Shown: in pieces, positions 9,241 to 19,175 of the stretch
Layout: each line of letters begins with the position of its first letter
Numbering within the stretch: position 1 is the first letter of the stretch
Source: a virus
Strand: one strand, 5' to 3'
DNA: 64,000 nt
Virus record (IMG/VR): IMGVR_UViG_3300035126_000842
Location: 32,001-96,000 of that record
Position numbers and translations under genes: made by a program
The notes under the pieces: generated by a model
What the model saw: only the letters and a program-made list of their open reading frames with translations
Told to the model about the DNA's origin: nothing
Database searches by the model: none

Positions 9241-10122
9241 ATGCAAAGAAAAACTATAATCAAGACAATTAAAAAAGAATTAGAATTGTGGTTGGACTCA
9301 ATTACAGATCCTGTTCTTAGAGATGATGTAAGAAAAAGTTTGTTAGTATCTGGAGGCTGTATAGCCTCCTTATACTTGCAAGAAAAAGTAAATGACTATG
9401 ATATCTATATCCAAGATATTGAAGTAGCAAAAAGACTTGCAGAATACTATGTAGGTAATGATACAAGAATGATAGTTCTTTCTGGTTCAGATAAAGAAGA
9501 ACTTGTTAAAAGTGTTGAAGGTAAGGATGATTCTGCATATGTAATCGCTGTTAAAAATCTTAAAGAAGATCAGGTAAAGATTTTCTTTGCAGAAAAAAAT
9601 GGTGGTTATGCCCCAGAGTATGATGAAGATACTGCTCCTAAATACCGTCCTGTATTTTATTCTCCTAACGCTATTAGTTTATCAGACGATATTCAGATTG
9701 TGTTAAGATTTACCGGTGATGCTGCAGCTATTCATAAGAATTTTGATTTTGTTCATGCTACTTCCTATTTTACTTACGATGAAGGTCTAGTAACTACGGT
9801 TGAAGTATTAGAATCTATTCTATCAAAAACTCTTAAGTATAGAGGTTCTTTATACCCTGTTACTTCTATTATACGCATTAAGAAGTTCATAAAACGCGGA
9901 TGGAATATCAGCGCTGGTGAAATGCTTAAGATTATGTTCCAGATATCAGAACTTAATTTAAGAGATCCTTATGTGTTAGAAGAACAACTTATTGGTGTTG
10001 ATATAGCATACTTCAGTAAACTAATAGAAATACTTTCTTCTACTAAGAAAGAAACGATAGATTCACACGCGTTAAACACTATCATAGATAAGGTGTTTAA
10101 CGAAAACGATTCTGACGAATAA
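9241..10122 (+). CDS. Putative nucleotidyltransferase-fold protein (293 aa)
   Basis: SGGCIASLYLQEKVNDYDIY fits the Pol-beta superfamily G[GS]...DxD motif, and NFDF occurs downstream. ATG 9241 is preferred over the track start at 9202 because it directly follows the upstream stop. Confidence 0.6.
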   Translation: MQRKTIIKTIKKELELWLDSITDPVLRDDVRKSLLVSGGCIASLYLQEKVNDYDIYIQDIEVAKRLAEYYVGNDTRMIVLSGSDKEELVKSVEGKDDSAYVIAVKNLKEDQVKIFFAEKNGGYAPEYDEDTAPKYRPVFYSPNAISLSDDIQIVLRFTGDAAAIHKNFDFVHATSYFTYDEGLVTTVEVLESILSKTLKYRGSLYPVTSIIRIKKFIKRGWNISAGEMLKIMFQISELNLRDPYVLEEQLIGVDIAYFSKLIEILSSTKKETIDSHALNTIIDKVFNENDSDE

Positions 10123-10127
10123 ACAGC

Positions 10128-10163
10128 TCCCCCTACCCCTAAAAAGGTAGGGGGATTTTTTTT
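10128..10163. terminator. Convergent intrinsic terminator between the replication and virion blocks
   Basis: 10-bp stem TCCCCCTACC / GGTAGGGGGA, 8-nt loop, then an 8-T run, lying between convergent stops at 10122 and 10166. Confidence 0.85.
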
Positions 10164-10165
10164 AC

Positions 10166-13100
10166 TTACAGGCGGCTAAATGATTCTTTGGTTTGTATGT
10201 CGAGAATAGCATCTGTTGTTGTTCCTGAGAAACCTAAAAACTTCAACCAAAGATTTGCAATTTTAGCAGAATCTTTCTGTTGCCATTCATACGGACCTAC
10301 TCTTTTATCATAAAATCCTCTCTCATCACCAACTGCTGCTAATATACCATAAGTAAGTGATTTTGAAATAAGATCAATACTAGGTTGTAATGTTGCCATT
10401 TTAACTTGGAATAGGCTAGTGTATGTTTGCAAACCCATACCTGGTAGTGGCATAAAAGTATTATGCTCTTGTTGGAAACCTAAAATAAGTTGTAACGCTT
10501 TATTAAAAGCATAACCATCTAAATGAAACTCACCTTCATCTGCTGTTCCAAAAAATGGTAGAGGTGCTGATTTCGCTCTTAATTTTTTGTAGCGGTCTTC
10601 GTCATCAGGATCATACTCAAATAGCATACGACTAGTTAACCATAACACCAGTGCTATCATTACATCAGTAAATGTTTTAATTAAATTCCTCTTTTCATAA
10701 GGAGTTAAAGTACTCCAGTAAATGTTGAAGTTAGGATTTTTAGTAAAAATATTTTTGAAGTAATTGGCTATAAATCTTAGTGATGTTATATAGTAACCTT
10801 CTTGAACATCACCTGTTGCATAATTAATTCTTGGTGAAAACGACCATGCATCAAAAAATGATTTTTCTTTATTGTATTTAAAACTAGAACCAAAACGATT
10901 CATAAACATCATGTAAAAGAACCGTTTCATACTAAGAACCTGGTTATAAATAACAAACTTATCACCGTAGCTTTTACCTAAAGCTGATGAATCACCATTA
11001 GTTAATGCAATTTGTTGATGAATTCTATTTTTTATGAGATTGAATTTTACACCACCAACGTCATAAGTTTGATCTATACCACTTCTAAGAGAAAGTTTAC
11101 CATCTTTAATTTCCCATGCTTCCATGTAAGGTATTTCTGACTCCACTCCATTTGTAACAATCTTAACCTTTTCATAGTACATTCTTTGTGCCCATAATTT
11201 AATAGCACCTTGTGTTTCTAACCAAGTTCTGGGAGCTAATACAAATGATTGCCAATCTGCAGCATCTTGAGTATATGATCTATTAAAACTTCTACCTATT
11301 CTTTGTTTTGAACTACCTTGTTTTGGGTCAAAAGCATCTACAAGCATTTGCTCGGCAGTATATGTACCGCCTTGATAAGCATGTGTAGTTTGACCAAACA
11401 TATATTTTATTGCCCATGCTTCACCCTGAGAATAACTTTTCTTATCAACACCATCTTGTGCAGCAAGGTTAATTATGTTTTGCATACCCATTTGCACTCG
11501 GTTTCTTATAGCTGATTCTGGAGTAGAAAGAAATACAGTAGAGGTAAATCTAGTTAAAGAATTTACAGCCTTAAGGAGCATATGATTGTCAGATAGAAAA
11601 CCTCTTGTATTTTCACCTTCAAATATAGTCCTATTAAAAGATTCTACCATTTGTCTTCTAATACTAGCTTCTTTTTTATTTTTAGCACCTGCGAAAATTG
11701 TCAGGTTGTTTTCAAGAAACGCGTATTTATTAATCTTGTCTACTTCTTTCAATACGTTTTCATCATCAGCTAGTACTTTTTCTAAACCTTTTGCAATAGG
11801 CATTATTTTGACTTTCTCTTTTACCTCTTCTATACTGTAGAAATATCTAAACATAGAATAAGGTATATCCATGCTTACTTTATCTAATTCAATAGGATAT
11901 TTACCTGCAACCGGTATCTTAGATAATTCATCACCAAAAAAGTCTAGGGATACTAGTTTAAGTCTAGTACGTTTTTCTTCTTCTGTTTCAGCACTTGTTA
12001 TATTAGAAAATCCTTCTTCTGCTTCATCACCTGTTTTACCATACAGTTTAGCTTTAACGCTAGATAAGAATGATGAAAATCCAGATCTTGTATGACCAGA
12101 TAAAGTTTTTTGAGCTGCTTCAAAGTTGCTTTCAAAAAAAGAAGGTACTTGAAAATTAAGTCTTCCTAATTTAGAAGTTTCTTTTTGCTGTTTAAAAGAC
12201 ATGCTTTTTATATACTCAAGTAAATCCCACAGAGGTCTATCTGTTCTTTTTAAATTATAGTAATCTGTATTTACATACTTAGTTAAGTCTGTCTCAGAAT
12301 TCATAAAAGATTGATATTCTGAGTCAGATAAGTCAGGAATATTTGTAAGAAATTCTTCAGTTATTTTTTTACCTTTTGATTCAGCATATAATACTTCTAT
12401 TGGTTTTGGCAACCATTCTCCAAAAGCATTTATTGTAACACCCATTATACGAGGAGTTTTCAATTCCTCTTTAATTGTTACTTTATGATAGTTTCTAGAA
12501 GGAAAGTTTGTACGGATTAATTCGCCTTTACTGTTTCTAAATTCAATCATGTCCTTATAATTATCATTTATTTTTTGCTCCATATGGACTCCATTTGGAA
12601 CATAAGCAAATGATACTTTACCTCCTTCTGATACCTCATATTTTGTATGATGATCATCTATAAACTTTTTGAAGTCTTTGTTTTTTAGCGCTTTGATAAA
12701 ATTGTTGTCAGTACTAATAAAAGCTATGTCTACATACTTGCCGTTATTAATATTCTGGATAGCTTCTTTTCTATATATTTCATAAGCAGCTGTTTTACCT
12801 TTATATTGTATATCATAGAATTTACTCCACTCACCATTTATATATTCTTGCTCTGCATTAGAAGGTTGTTTACTTCTGAATTCTTTAAGAGCTTCACTAA
12901 TGTTAATGTATTTTTCATACAAAGCAAAGTTAGTTTGCTTAAGAGATTTATTTGCAGGAGGTTCTTCTGATTCATATTCAAAATCTCCAGCATATAATTT
13001 TCTTACTGTGTGCAATAACTCTATATCTTTTTCTGAAATATTTTTAGGTAAACCTCTTTCAATGTCAATTTCAATGTTTATTCTAAATAATTCATTTTCT

Positions 13101-16100
13101 ACAGCATTTACTTTAGCGATTGCTTCAGGTGTCATCAAGTCAATTAGCATCATTTTAGATCTAGGATCTGAATATAAAATGCGTAATTCACTTAATGTTT
13201 TACCTAGTTCTGACCGTCTTGCATTTAGTTCTTTTAATTTACTTGTAAAACTGGCAGATTTATTATTTGTATTTTCTATGTTACTAAATATCTGCTGTAC
13301 TAATGCAAAATATTCATCTTTTCTTTTGATATAAGTATTTTCAGCTAACCACTGACTAAATTCAGGACTATTAGCACCTAGCAGTTGTTCGTTTAGTTTA
13401 TAAGCTTCAGCAAACTTTTCTATAGTTTCTTCTCTTTCTATTTCTAAAGTGTTTTCAGTAATAGTATAGAAGTTTTTATACTCTTTAGCATCTTCGTAAT
13501 CTTGCCCTTCTTTAAGTTCACCGTTTCTTTTTCTTAAACTAGTTACTTCATTTAACAATATATATTGTTGTTCTATATCTTCTTGATACTGAAGTATATT
13601 GTCTTTTGATTCGGGTGAATCTATTCCTTGTTCAACTTTTATAGCGAGTTGTAATGTAGAAATCTTATCTTCTATTGCAAGACGTTTGATAAATATTCTT
13701 TTACCCCAGTCTGTAGCAAGCATTTGTTTTCTAGTACTATGCCCTGATAGTACAGAACCAAAGAAATATTTATCCTTAAGTTCTGATATTTCTCTAGCTT
13801 TTTCAACTTCTAAATTTAAGTCTTTATTTCTACGGGCTTGCTCTTGTTCAGCTTCTAATCTTCTTAAATCATTAGTTGCTTTAGATACTAAAGTTGAATG
13901 TAAGAATTCATAATAGTCGCTTTTTTCTTCTAATTCTATTTCTCTACCTTCATCACCTTCTTCTACAGACTTAACTAATCGGGTACCTTTAGTAATAATC
14001 TGCCGGTATTTGTTAGAATAGTTATACTTAGTTATTCCTGCTTTAGATTGTAACTCATTAAGTTTTTCAAAGTAATTAGTATAAACACCAACCATGTTAG
14101 CTTCTACATTATTGTATGCATTTTTCACAATACTACCTAATGTTCCATATACAGGGTCTGAAGATTGTATAGCGGATAAAACATATCCCTCAAGAAAATT
14201 AGAGTCACCTGCTTTACCGCTTAATAAATCTTCCATCTTCTGTTCAGAAATCAGAAGTTGGTCGCGTGTTTTAATATAGTATGCTTTTCTACTTTCTAAC
14301 AGAGGGTTAGAACCCTTAGCAGCAATTTCCTCTTCAATTTTATTGATGGCATCATTATACAATGAAGTTATACTGTCATTAACAGTAGATACTGTCATAT
14401 ATATAACATCTTTTATGTTTTTAAACCGCTGATCTTTTAACTGCTTTTGTCCGTTTTGTGCATTGACTATTGTTTCATTAAGAGATTGTGCTATAGAATT
14501 TTTAGGATCTATGCTAACAATAATTTTATTTAAACTTCTAGCAAGTGTTTCAAAAGATTTTAACATGCTTTCAAGTTTGTCTATTAAAACTAGATTTTGT
14601 CTAAAATCATCGCTAGATGTTTTATCAATCAATACTGTTTTATCAGGTCCCGCTAAATTATTAACAAGAGCTTGCATTTCTAACATACTGCTCATTAAAC
14701 GATATGCTTTTTGGGCATCGTTCTTTTCTATGTTGAGTGCTTCCCTTATTTCATCTGCCAGCTCTAACTGTTCTTCTATAACATATTTTCTATCTAGAGC
14801 AATTTCCTGTTTAATCTTTTCGAGATTACCTGTTTCAGAATTAAATATGATTGCTGCCAAATCAGGATCAATCATACTGTTATTAGTAAAGTATTCAGCA
14901 TTAGAATTTACTAATGATGTTAATACTTTTAAAAAGTCTTCAAGATTTGATAGACCAAACTTTACATTCTCCGGGTTTTTTGCAGCTTCTTTATTGTAGA
15001 CAGTCGCATCTGATATTAACTTTGCTGTTTTTTCTATTTCCTCTTGTACTTTAGTTAAATACTCTACATAATCTTGTGTAGTAAAGAGCTCTGCGTTAAG
15101 GTTGAACTCGCTCATTTTTAGCATCTCAGCTAAATCTGATAACGAAGTATAGGGAGATAGTTTACTTATGTTAATTTTAGAACCAAATATTTTTCTGAAT
15201 AACTGCTTAAGAGCGTAAAAAATTTTGTTTACAAAGTTATACAGAATACCATCCTCTTTGTTTTCTAGAAGTCTTTCTCGTGCTACGTTTTCAAGAACTC
15301 TTGTAATGTATTCTCGTTTGTAAGCGTTTGTATCAAAAGAGTATGCATTGGGATCATTGTCGATTTCGTTTTGCAATCTCTTTTCTACACCAAGTTGATA
15401 TGTAGCATCTACAGATTTACTTTCTTCAAAAAGATTATCAAAAAGACCTGGGTTTTCTTCTTCGATAGATTTAACCAAAGGGTGTAGGAATTCGTGTATT
15501 AATGTTTCAGGTGTTACATTACCTGATATTATGTAAACGGTACCTTTGTAGAAGAAAGACACACCCTGTCCTGTATAAGGGTTTGCTGCAGATTTAGTTA
15601 TTTCTCTAGCGTCAGCATCAGATACTACTTGATAATTAATAGTAGGAAAAGCACGTTGTAAAGTATCTAACACAGAAGTTAAAAAGTTATTAGCTTGCGC
15701 TGAAACTAGCTTATCAATATCAGAAGTTTTCATATTCTCATATTTGAGTATAGCTTCTTCTTCTAAACTATTAGCATATCCCGGAGCAATATTATTAATA
15801 GACTTTCTTTCTTGTGCTGTAAAATCAGAAGCTACAAGAACTTTCATCATATCAGGACTAATATTTATTCCTATTGAATAAACATTATTAGATAGCTGAA
15901 CATTTGCTACTAAAGAATTCCATTTTTTATTAATAGAGTCAGCAATCTTTTCAGCTATTTTTTTATTATCAGTATTACTAGGTCCTGATATCTGATTAGT
16001 ACTTCCCCATTTTCTTATAGTATTTTGAAGGGTAACATCATCTGTATATTCTACAGCAGCTACACCATAACCATACTGTAACATTTGTTTTGTTACATTA

Positions 16101-16129
16101 TCTTTAAAATCATTAATAGTACAATTCAT
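10166..16129 (-). CDS. Giant virion cargo protein (1987 aa) with a zincin-like metallopeptidase motif
   Basis: IHEFLH (HExxH, H212, 15482-15496) and long helical regions. It is the last gene of the RNAP cargo cluster. Its only Cys is C3. Confidence 0.75.
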   Translation of the reverse strand: MNCTINDFKDNVTKQMLQYGYGVAAVEYTDDVTLQNTIRKWGSTNQISGPSNTDNKKIAEKIADSINKKWNSLVANVQLSNNVYSIGINISPDMMKVLVASDFTAQERKSINNIAPGYANSLEEEAILKYENMKTSDIDKLVSAQANNFLTSVLDTLQRAFPTINYQVVSDADAREITKSAANPYTGQGVSFFYKGTVYIISGNVTPETLIHEFLHPLVKSIEEENPGLFDNLFEESKSVDATYQLGVEKRLQNEIDNDPNAYSFDTNAYKREYITRVLENVARERLLENKEDGILYNFVNKIFYALKQLFRKIFGSKINISKLSPYTSLSDLAEMLKMSEFNLNAELFTTQDYVEYLTKVQEEIEKTAKLISDATVYNKEAAKNPENVKFGLSNLEDFLKVLTSLVNSNAEYFTNNSMIDPDLAAIIFNSETGNLEKIKQEIALDRKYVIEEQLELADEIREALNIEKNDAQKAYRLMSSMLEMQALVNNLAGPDKTVLIDKTSSDDFRQNLVLIDKLESMLKSFETLARSLNKIIVSIDPKNSIAQSLNETIVNAQNGQKQLKDQRFKNIKDVIYMTVSTVNDSITSLYNDAINKIEEEIAAKGSNPLLESRKAYYIKTRDQLLISEQKMEDLLSGKAGDSNFLEGYVLSAIQSSDPVYGTLGSIVKNAYNNVEANMVGVYTNYFEKLNELQSKAGITKYNYSNKYRQIITKGTRLVKSVEEGDEGREIELEEKSDYYEFLHSTLVSKATNDLRRLEAEQEQARRNKDLNLEVEKAREISELKDKYFFGSVLSGHSTRKQMLATDWGKRIFIKRLAIEDKISTLQLAIKVEQGIDSPESKDNILQYQEDIEQQYILLNEVTSLRKRNGELKEGQDYEDAKEYKNFYTITENTLEIEREETIEKFAEAYKLNEQLLGANSPEFSQWLAENTYIKRKDEYFALVQQIFSNIENTNNKSASFTSKLKELNARRSELGKTLSELRILYSDPRSKMMLIDLMTPEAIAKVNAVENELFRINIEIDIERGLPKNISEKDIELLHTVRKLYAGDFEYESEEPPANKSLKQTNFALYEKYINISEALKEFRSKQPSNAEQEYINGEWSKFYDIQYKGKTAAYEIYRKEAIQNINNGKYVDIAFISTDNNFIKALKNKDFKKFIDDHHTKYEVSEGGKVSFAYVPNGVHMEQKINDNYKDMIEFRNSKGELIRTNFPSRNYHKVTIKEELKTPRIMGVTINAFGEWLPKPIEVLYAESKGKKITEEFLTNIPDLSDSEYQSFMNSETDLTKYVNTDYYNLKRTDRPLWDLLEYIKSMSFKQQKETSKLGRLNFQVPSFFESNFEAAQKTLSGHTRSGFSSFLSSVKAKLYGKTGDEAEEGFSNITSAETEEEKRTRLKLVSLDFFGDELSKIPVAGKYPIELDKVSMDIPYSMFRYFYSIEEVKEKVKIMPIAKGLEKVLADDENVLKEVDKINKYAFLENNLTIFAGAKNKKEASIRRQMVESFNRTIFEGENTRGFLSDNHMLLKAVNSLTRFTSTVFLSTPESAIRNRVQMGMQNIINLAAQDGVDKKSYSQGEAWAIKYMFGQTTHAYQGGTYTAEQMLVDAFDPKQGSSKQRIGRSFNRSYTQDAADWQSFVLAPRTWLETQGAIKLWAQRMYYEKVKIVTNGVESEIPYMEAWEIKDGKLSLRSGIDQTYDVGGVKFNLIKNRIHQQIALTNGDSSALGKSYGDKFVIYNQVLSMKRFFYMMFMNRFGSSFKYNKEKSFFDAWSFSPRINYATGDVQEGYYITSLRFIANYFKNIFTKNPNFNIYWSTLTPYEKRNLIKTFTDVMIALVLWLTSRMLFEYDPDDEDRYKKLRAKSAPLPFFGTADEGEFHLDGYAFNKALQLILGFQQEHNTFMPLPGMGLQTYTSLFQVKMATLQPSIDLISKSLTYGILAAVGDERGFYDKRVGPYEWQQKDSAKIANLWLKFLGFSGTTTDAILDIQTKESFSRL

Positions 16130-16132
16130 ATT

Positions 16133-16993
16133 TTAGCAACTAGGAGGAACAGGAAACCCTGCAATAGGGTCAATCCCATTGTTAAAGTTATCATTTTTTC
16201 TTACATCTTGATTGTAGTCATCGAAATTTACTGTAGAAAGGTCGTAGTAACTTAGATCTATACCTACAAAACCCTCTTCTTGTAAAAAGTTGTAGAAAGA
16301 AGACATGTCAAAAACCTCATCCTCAGTATCTTTCAAAAACTCATAACCTGTAATGTTTGAATTATTTTGCAAATTATATTTGTTTACATAGTTTTTATAT
16401 AGTACAGGTTCTGTTTCTGGATTTATATATCCTTCTTGTAAACTAATTTTTTCAGGACCAAACGAATCACCAAACATATTTATACCCATTTCTTCATCTA
16501 ATCTAGCTCTTTTAACTAAATCTTCAAACTCTCTCTGTTTAGCAATTTGGTCGTAAGTCATTAACTCTTCTACTACAGGCGATGTTTCTTCTTTAACATC
16601 TACTACAGGTACTTCTTCAAATACATCTTCTTCTACTTTATTAACTGTTTGTGAATCACCAAACTGATTAATACTAGTTTGTCTAAGCATATTAGCATTA
16701 TATTGTTCAATATAACTTTGATAATAAGCATCTATTAAACTTGCAGGAGGTTTTATTTTAAGCTCATGTCCTCCTGTTACAGGATATCTACCTACAATAT
16801 CAGAATTATAGAGCTTGTTTATTTTAGCTGCTATTGCATTAGCTACTTTAAAAGCTTGACCTCTTGCTGAAAAATCACTATCCATAATGATAACACTATC
16901 AAAATTTAGAGATTTTACTCTTTTTGAAATCATAAGAGCTTTTATATCTCTTATTAATCCTTTACGGATATCTTCTTTAGCGCAAATATTCAT
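16133..16993 (-). CDS. Cargo-cluster protein (286 aa), acidic C-terminal half
   Basis: ATG at 16993 overlaps the upstream TGA (ATGA) and is preferred over TTG 17002. The N-terminus resembles that of the 1987-aa protein. Its only Cys are C4 and C286. Confidence 0.7.
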   Translation of the reverse strand: MNICAKEDIRKGLIRDIKALMISKRVKSLNFDSVIIMDSDFSARGQAFKVANAIAAKINKLYNSDIVGRYPVTGGHELKIKPPASLIDAYYQSYIEQYNANMLRQTSINQFGDSQTVNKVEEDVFEEVPVVDVKEETSPVVEELMTYDQIAKQREFEDLVKRARLDEEMGINMFGDSFGPEKISLQEGYINPETEPVLYKNYVNKYNLQNNSNITGYEFLKDTEDEVFDMSSFYNFLQEEGFVGIDLSYYDLSTVNFDDYNQDVRKNDNFNNGIDPIAGFPVPPSC

Positions 16994-17748
16994 ATTCCAC
17001 AACTATTAATGTCTGTTATATCTAAACTGGGTAATCCCGAAGGAGAAATTATAACCTTATTACCACCTACAAACTCTTTAAATTCTTCTATATCTTGTTT
17101 AGAGCCTAATATATGAATTTGTTCTGGTTCAAATACAGAAATTACTGTTTGTATAGGTATAGCGTAATTATCTCCTTCTATTCTGTTTATAACAGCATCT
17201 GTGTTTTTTAAACTTTCATCATATTTAGGAGCAAGTATATTTTGAGAAGTTTGTTTACCTATTTTATATAAAGCTTCCGAAAGAGGTCTATCCATATCAT
17301 CAATGAATTCACCACTTGTTTTTTCTCGAATAGGTTTACTAATATTTAATAAAACAGGTAATATATTTTTACCATATTTTTTACTAAACTCTTTATTAGT
17401 TGTAAAATTATATACTCCTTCAATACTATTTAAAGTATTAAATTTAGGTTTTGTAGGTTTAAACTTATCAAATTGAGCATTTGTGCCATGATAAACAATA
17501 TCTTTTACTTTACTATCGGGAAATATAGTAGAAAGATACTGCATATATTGAGCTTTAGTGCCAATACTTGCAAGTTCTGGTGAATCTTTAAATACACCAT
17601 CAATGGCTTCCATTTTTCTTTTAAATGAATCCATAACATCTTTATTTTTAATAATAGATGTAACAAACTCATTTTTATTATTAATAAAATATTCTTTGAA
17701 TTGTTTTTCAGAATACTGTTTTCCTTTATATGTTATAATACAACTCAT
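16990..17748 (-). CDS. ADP-ribosyltransferase-fold protein (ART-PolyVal-like)
   Basis: IVYHGT...FDKF...GVYNFTT...YG...LLNISKP...DAVI...VFEPEQI. Its only Cys are C3 and C250. Confidence 0.7.
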   Translation of the reverse strand: MSCIITYKGKQYSEKQFKEYFINNKNEFVTSIIKNKDVMDSFKRKMEAIDGVFKDSPELASIGTKAQYMQYLSTIFPDSKVKDIVYHGTNAQFDKFKPTKPKFNTLNSIEGVYNFTTNKEFSKKYGKNILPVLLNISKPIREKTSGEFIDDMDRPLSEALYKIGKQTSQNILAPKYDESLKNTDAVINRIEGDNYAIPIQTVISVFEPEQIHILGSKQDIEEFKEFVGGNKVIISPSGLPSLDITDINSCGI

Positions 17749-18425
17749 ACTTCTTTCCAGATTTTATTATTTTTGATTTTATATATAGTCATTTTAGCAA
17801 CATTATACTTGATTGCTAAATCTTTCACAGCTAAATCAGAGTTTCTAATTTCTTTAACGATGTCCCAGTTTAATTTAGATGAAGGATTACTCTCTCCTTT
17901 AACTCTCTCAGAAAGTTTGTTACTTCTATTTAAAGCAGCAAGTCTTAGATTTTCTCTATGTGTTTTAGAGAAAACTTTTTGTTTTCCTGATTCTGACATT
18001 TTTCTTTTAGTTTCATCAGATACATAATGAGATTTACCTACTTTAGATAAACTCAATAATTTCTTAGTTTCGTCAGATACAATTTTACCTTTTAGTTTTT
18101 TAGATATTTTTAGCTTTGTAGATTTTTTTGTGATTCTACCTTTAGCACTATACGCAAATTTTAAATGATTTAATAAATTTTTTGTATTATCTAAAAACCA
18201 TTGTTCTAGTTTAATACAATATTCTGGTGGGCAATAAGCAACTATAGCAGTGCTAAATACTTCTTTACCATGTTTATTATAAATGTTTTGAAGTCTTTTA
18301 TTGCTGTGAATATTTTTCTTCAAACAAAAAAAGTGGTCTTTTAATCTTTTTTTAAGATTAACAGAACTTCCTACATAGTTCTTATTTTTATAAGATATAA
18401 TATATACACCTGAATTTAATTGCAT
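17745..18425 (-). CDS. Free-standing GIY-YIG homing endonuclease with NUMOD3-like repeats and a C-terminal HTH
   Basis: SGVYIISYKNKNYVGSSVNLKKRLKDH, conserved LEQ, repeated VSDETK(K/R)xxSxS, and GESNPSSKLNWDIVKEIR. It overlaps both neighbouring genes. Confidence 0.85.
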   Translation of the reverse strand: MQLNSGVYIISYKNKNYVGSSVNLKKRLKDHFFCLKKNIHSNKRLQNIYNKHGKEVFSTAIVAYCPPEYCIKLEQWFLDNTKNLLNHLKFAYSAKGRITKKSTKLKISKKLKGKIVSDETKKLLSLSKVGKSHYVSDETKRKMSESGKQKVFSKTHRENLRLAALNRSNKLSERVKGESNPSSKLNWDIVKEIRNSDLAVKDLAIKYNVAKMTIYKIKNNKIWKEV

Positions 18426-19174
18426 TTTTTCTGAATTATATTTTCTTCTTTTAAAATCTTTTCAACTTGTTCATAATCTTGTAAATATACATCTAAAAAC
18501 TCAGAAAACAAAGAACTTGCTTGTTGTTTTTGTTGTGGGGTTATAGTTCCAATTTCATCAGAAGTTTTAATTCTAAAAGCTCTTTCTTGAGTTACAAAAC
18601 TGTCTGGATATTCTTTACTTGCTTTACCAACATCTCCTATTTTTTCAGCATATCCTTTTTTAACTAATGAGTTTAATAATTGTATTTCTTGACTACTATT
18701 TTGATAATCAGAGTATAAATTACTTTTGTAGTCTTTCTTAGCTAAATCTGCCATTAAAGTATGAACTATTTGTCCATAACCTTTATTCTGATATTCTTCA
18801 TTAATTTCAATAGATAGTCCTAATTGTCCTTTTTCTCCATTGTTTACAAACTTAACTCTACCTATTTTTTTATTATTAAGCTGGATAAACATCCAACCAA
18901 TACTTGTTTCTTCTGATAGTGTTATCCCTTTAGTATCAAATGTAAATTTATTAAACCTTAAAGCTTCATATACAGCATTAGCTAACTCTAGATTAGATTC
19001 AAATAAATCTTCTACTCCTGGTTTTATACCAGTAGATGTTTCTGAAGTAGGAGTAAACCCAGTATCTTCAGTATCTACATACCCTTTTGCTAGATAGTAT
19101 GCTACAGCATCTTTAAAACCTACTTGTTCTACAAGAGATTTAAACTCTTCTGAATTTTTATTTATACAAAACAT
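18416..19174 (-). CDS. GNAT-family acetyltransferase-like cargo protein
   Basis: IGRVKF...SIEINEEYQNKGYGQ (GNAT motif A QxxGxG) ...LLNSLVKKGYA. Its only Cys are C3 and C251. Confidence 0.65.
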   Translation of the reverse strand: MFCINKNSEEFKSLVEQVGFKDAVAYYLAKGYVDTEDTGFTPTSETSTGIKPGVEDLFESNLELANAVYEALRFNKFTFDTKGITLSEETSIGWMFIQLNNKKIGRVKFVNNGEKGQLGLSIEINEEYQNKGYGQIVHTLMADLAKKDYKSNLYSDYQNSSQEIQLLNSLVKKGYAEKIGDVGKASKEYPDSFVTQERAFRIKTSDEIGTITPQQKQQASSLFSEFLDVYLQDYEQVEKILKEENIIQKKCN

Positions 19175-19175
19175 A

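Noticed and set aside
16994-17002. ORF-track starts at 17002 (TTG), 63379 (TTG), 9202 and 40
   Set aside because: ATG starts at 16993, 63340 and 9241 give standard translational coupling. The first ORF is open from base 1 and includes its DxSxS motif upstream of 40.
17745-18425. Group I intron around the GIY-YIG gene
   Set aside because: The ORF overlaps both neighbours, leaving no room for intron core structure. Both flanking genes have their own start and stop codons.
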